Shown here piece after piece: positions 18,475-20,000 of a DNA stretch of 20,000 nt. This DNA is from Elsinoe ampelina (taxonomy: Eukaryota). Both the position numbers and the translations under genes were made by a program. The notes below the pieces were generated by a model, which was not told the DNA's origin, did no database searches, and saw only the letters and a program-made list of their open reading frames with translations. Each line of letters starts with the position of its first letter. Position 1 is the stretch's first letter. The stretch spans positions 51,201 to 71,200 of the forward strand of contig ML992529.1 of the NCBI GenBank assembly GCA_010093995.1, in the 5' to 3' direction.

Positions 18475-20000
18475 ATGTCTAGATTAGCAAAAATGCTTGA
18501 GACTTAGATTCTTAAGAGAAGGAGTAACTATAATGCTTAGAGATCAACTCTTAAGGTAGCCCTCCTTAAAAAGGATATACTTAGATATACAATTTATAAC
18601 ATCGACTAGATACTAGCAGTTATAAAGCCTAAAGAACTAGCTCTAGATACTAGTAAAGGCACTAAGGTAATCTATAAGGTTAGGAACAAGACCTAGTATA
18701 AGAATAACAGAATTGCTTATAGTATTATTATAATAAGGATTTATAAATCTATTAGACCTTACTATAGTATAACTTAGAAGACTTTAAAGGAACTTCTAGA
18801 CACTATTAAAGCTACATTTAAACCTGTTATTTTATATAAGCTATATATAGCTATCTATAACCTTAATAAGGTAATTATAACAAGTTATAATACCTAAAGG
18901 TACTATAAAGACTTTATAAAGTACTATTATTAATACACTATTACTATAGAGCAAAGAGTAAGTACTATTAGTGCTAAACTAGATAAGTTTAGGCTCCCTC
19001 TATACTATATTAAGACTATGTTTATTATAGGAATAGAGACTACTAAATAGTTAAGGAGCTAGAGATCTAGCCTTAACTATAAGAAGAGTCTTAAAGAGAT
19101 AATAGGCTCTCTTAGAATATAGAAGCCCCTATATAATAGAAGAACTAATCTAAACCCTATTTATAGAGTAGCTAGTTATATTAAGGATTAATACACTTAG
19201 TATACTTATTATGTCTACTCTAATATAGATTACTTTAAGTAGCACCCTAAGAAAGCACTAAAGAGTTAGAGCAAAAGGAATAACAAAGACAGGTTAAATA
19301 ATAAAGGTATAAAGGCTAAAGGCAAAGGTAACAAGTTAAAGACTAAGAAAGTTAGAGGTTAAGTAGCTATTAAAGAATCTAGAGAACCTACTAAGGTAGG
19401 TAAATTAGATAAACGCTCTAACACTAATATTAATATTATTATACTAGTCTATAGAGTAGTAGCAGTGTCTATATTATTATTCTTAACCTATAGTAAGAAT
19501 AGAGCAATCTATAACTCTAGTACGTTAAGGCACTTTATTAAAGACAGGTTATAGTTCTTAACAATTAAGGTATATAAAGGTGTTCTTAAATTTAAATAAG
19601 CTATTAGTACAAAGAAGCTACTTAATGTAGAAGTTAGTATAGTTAGGCTTACTCTAACTAATAGCAAAGGCAAGAAGTTAATTATTAAGCTTTATAATTG
19701 TATATACTTACTATTATTACTAAATACTCTTATATCTAATCTTTAGAATAAAGAGGAACTTAGTATCTCTATAGTTAGCAAATCCTTAATAAAGAATAGA
19801 AAGGAAGTTAGCCTTATTAAACACTTTAAAAGAGTTAAATAGCTTAAGAACTTTAAAGTATATAAGCCTTAGAACTATAAGGAATTACCTATAAGGCTAA
19901 AACTATAGAAGCTATAGACTATAAAAGCAAATCTAGCTATTATAACTACTTAAAAGCTAATATTAGAAAGATAGTACTAGAGGTTAAGCTATATTAGTAA
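18475..20000 (+). pseudogene. RIP-degenerate copia gag-pol (gag, CCHC zinc knuckle, aspartic protease)
   Basis: One frame from ATG 18475 contains ILKRRSNYNA*RSTLKVAL (gag N-terminal L.G..NY..W pattern), Y-T-*-Y-T-Y-Y-V-Y-S-N-I-D-Y at 19192-19233 (reverts to CX2CX4HX4C by undoing G>A and C>T changes) followed by HPKKA, and IYNSSTLRH at 19507-19533 (reverts to the IYDSGASRH protease motif). Many TAG/TAA stops, but these motifs stay in the same frame. Confidence 0.85.

Larger units (their letters stand above)
18076..20000 (+). mobile_element. Ty1/copia LTR retrotransposon inactivated by RIP (5' part; continues past the window edge)
   Basis: LTR, PBS and a degenerate gag-protease frame. Abrupt shift to very AT-rich sequence after about 18280, with abundant TpA and scarce CpA/TpG. 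Confidence 0.9.

Overview
Gene-dense window from a filamentous ascomycete genome (Pezizomycotina; short GT-AG introns with CTRAC branch sites and a RIP-mutated repeat). Genes in order: a 5-exon Zn2Cys6 transcription factor running off the left edge (-); a small spliced single-pass membrane protein missed by the ORF track (+); a 521-aa coiled-coil hypothetical protein (-); a UPC2-like Zn2Cys6 factor (-); an APC/LAT-type amino-acid permease (+); an 82-aa ORF built from seven invariant GRGGYN hexapeptides with alternating hydrophobic and acidic spacers (+); the mitochondrial tRNA-modification GTPase MSS1/MnmE (-); a DUF2011-like protein (+); NAD-dependent formate dehydrogenase (+); a Mso1-like Sec1-binding protein (-); and the 5' part of a heavily RIP-mutated Ty1/copia retrotransposon running off the right edge. 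Main leads: (1) the GRGGYN repeat gene, a candidate new cytosolic multi-core peptide precursor or RGG/Tyr low-complexity micro-protein; (2) an in-frame 150-nt first intron in FDH that itself encodes a mitochondrial presequence, a possible dual-targeting switch; (3) a copia LTR that looks almost free of RIP and lies about 126 bp upstream of the Mso1-like start codon. All family calls come from motif recognition by eye; no database search was run.
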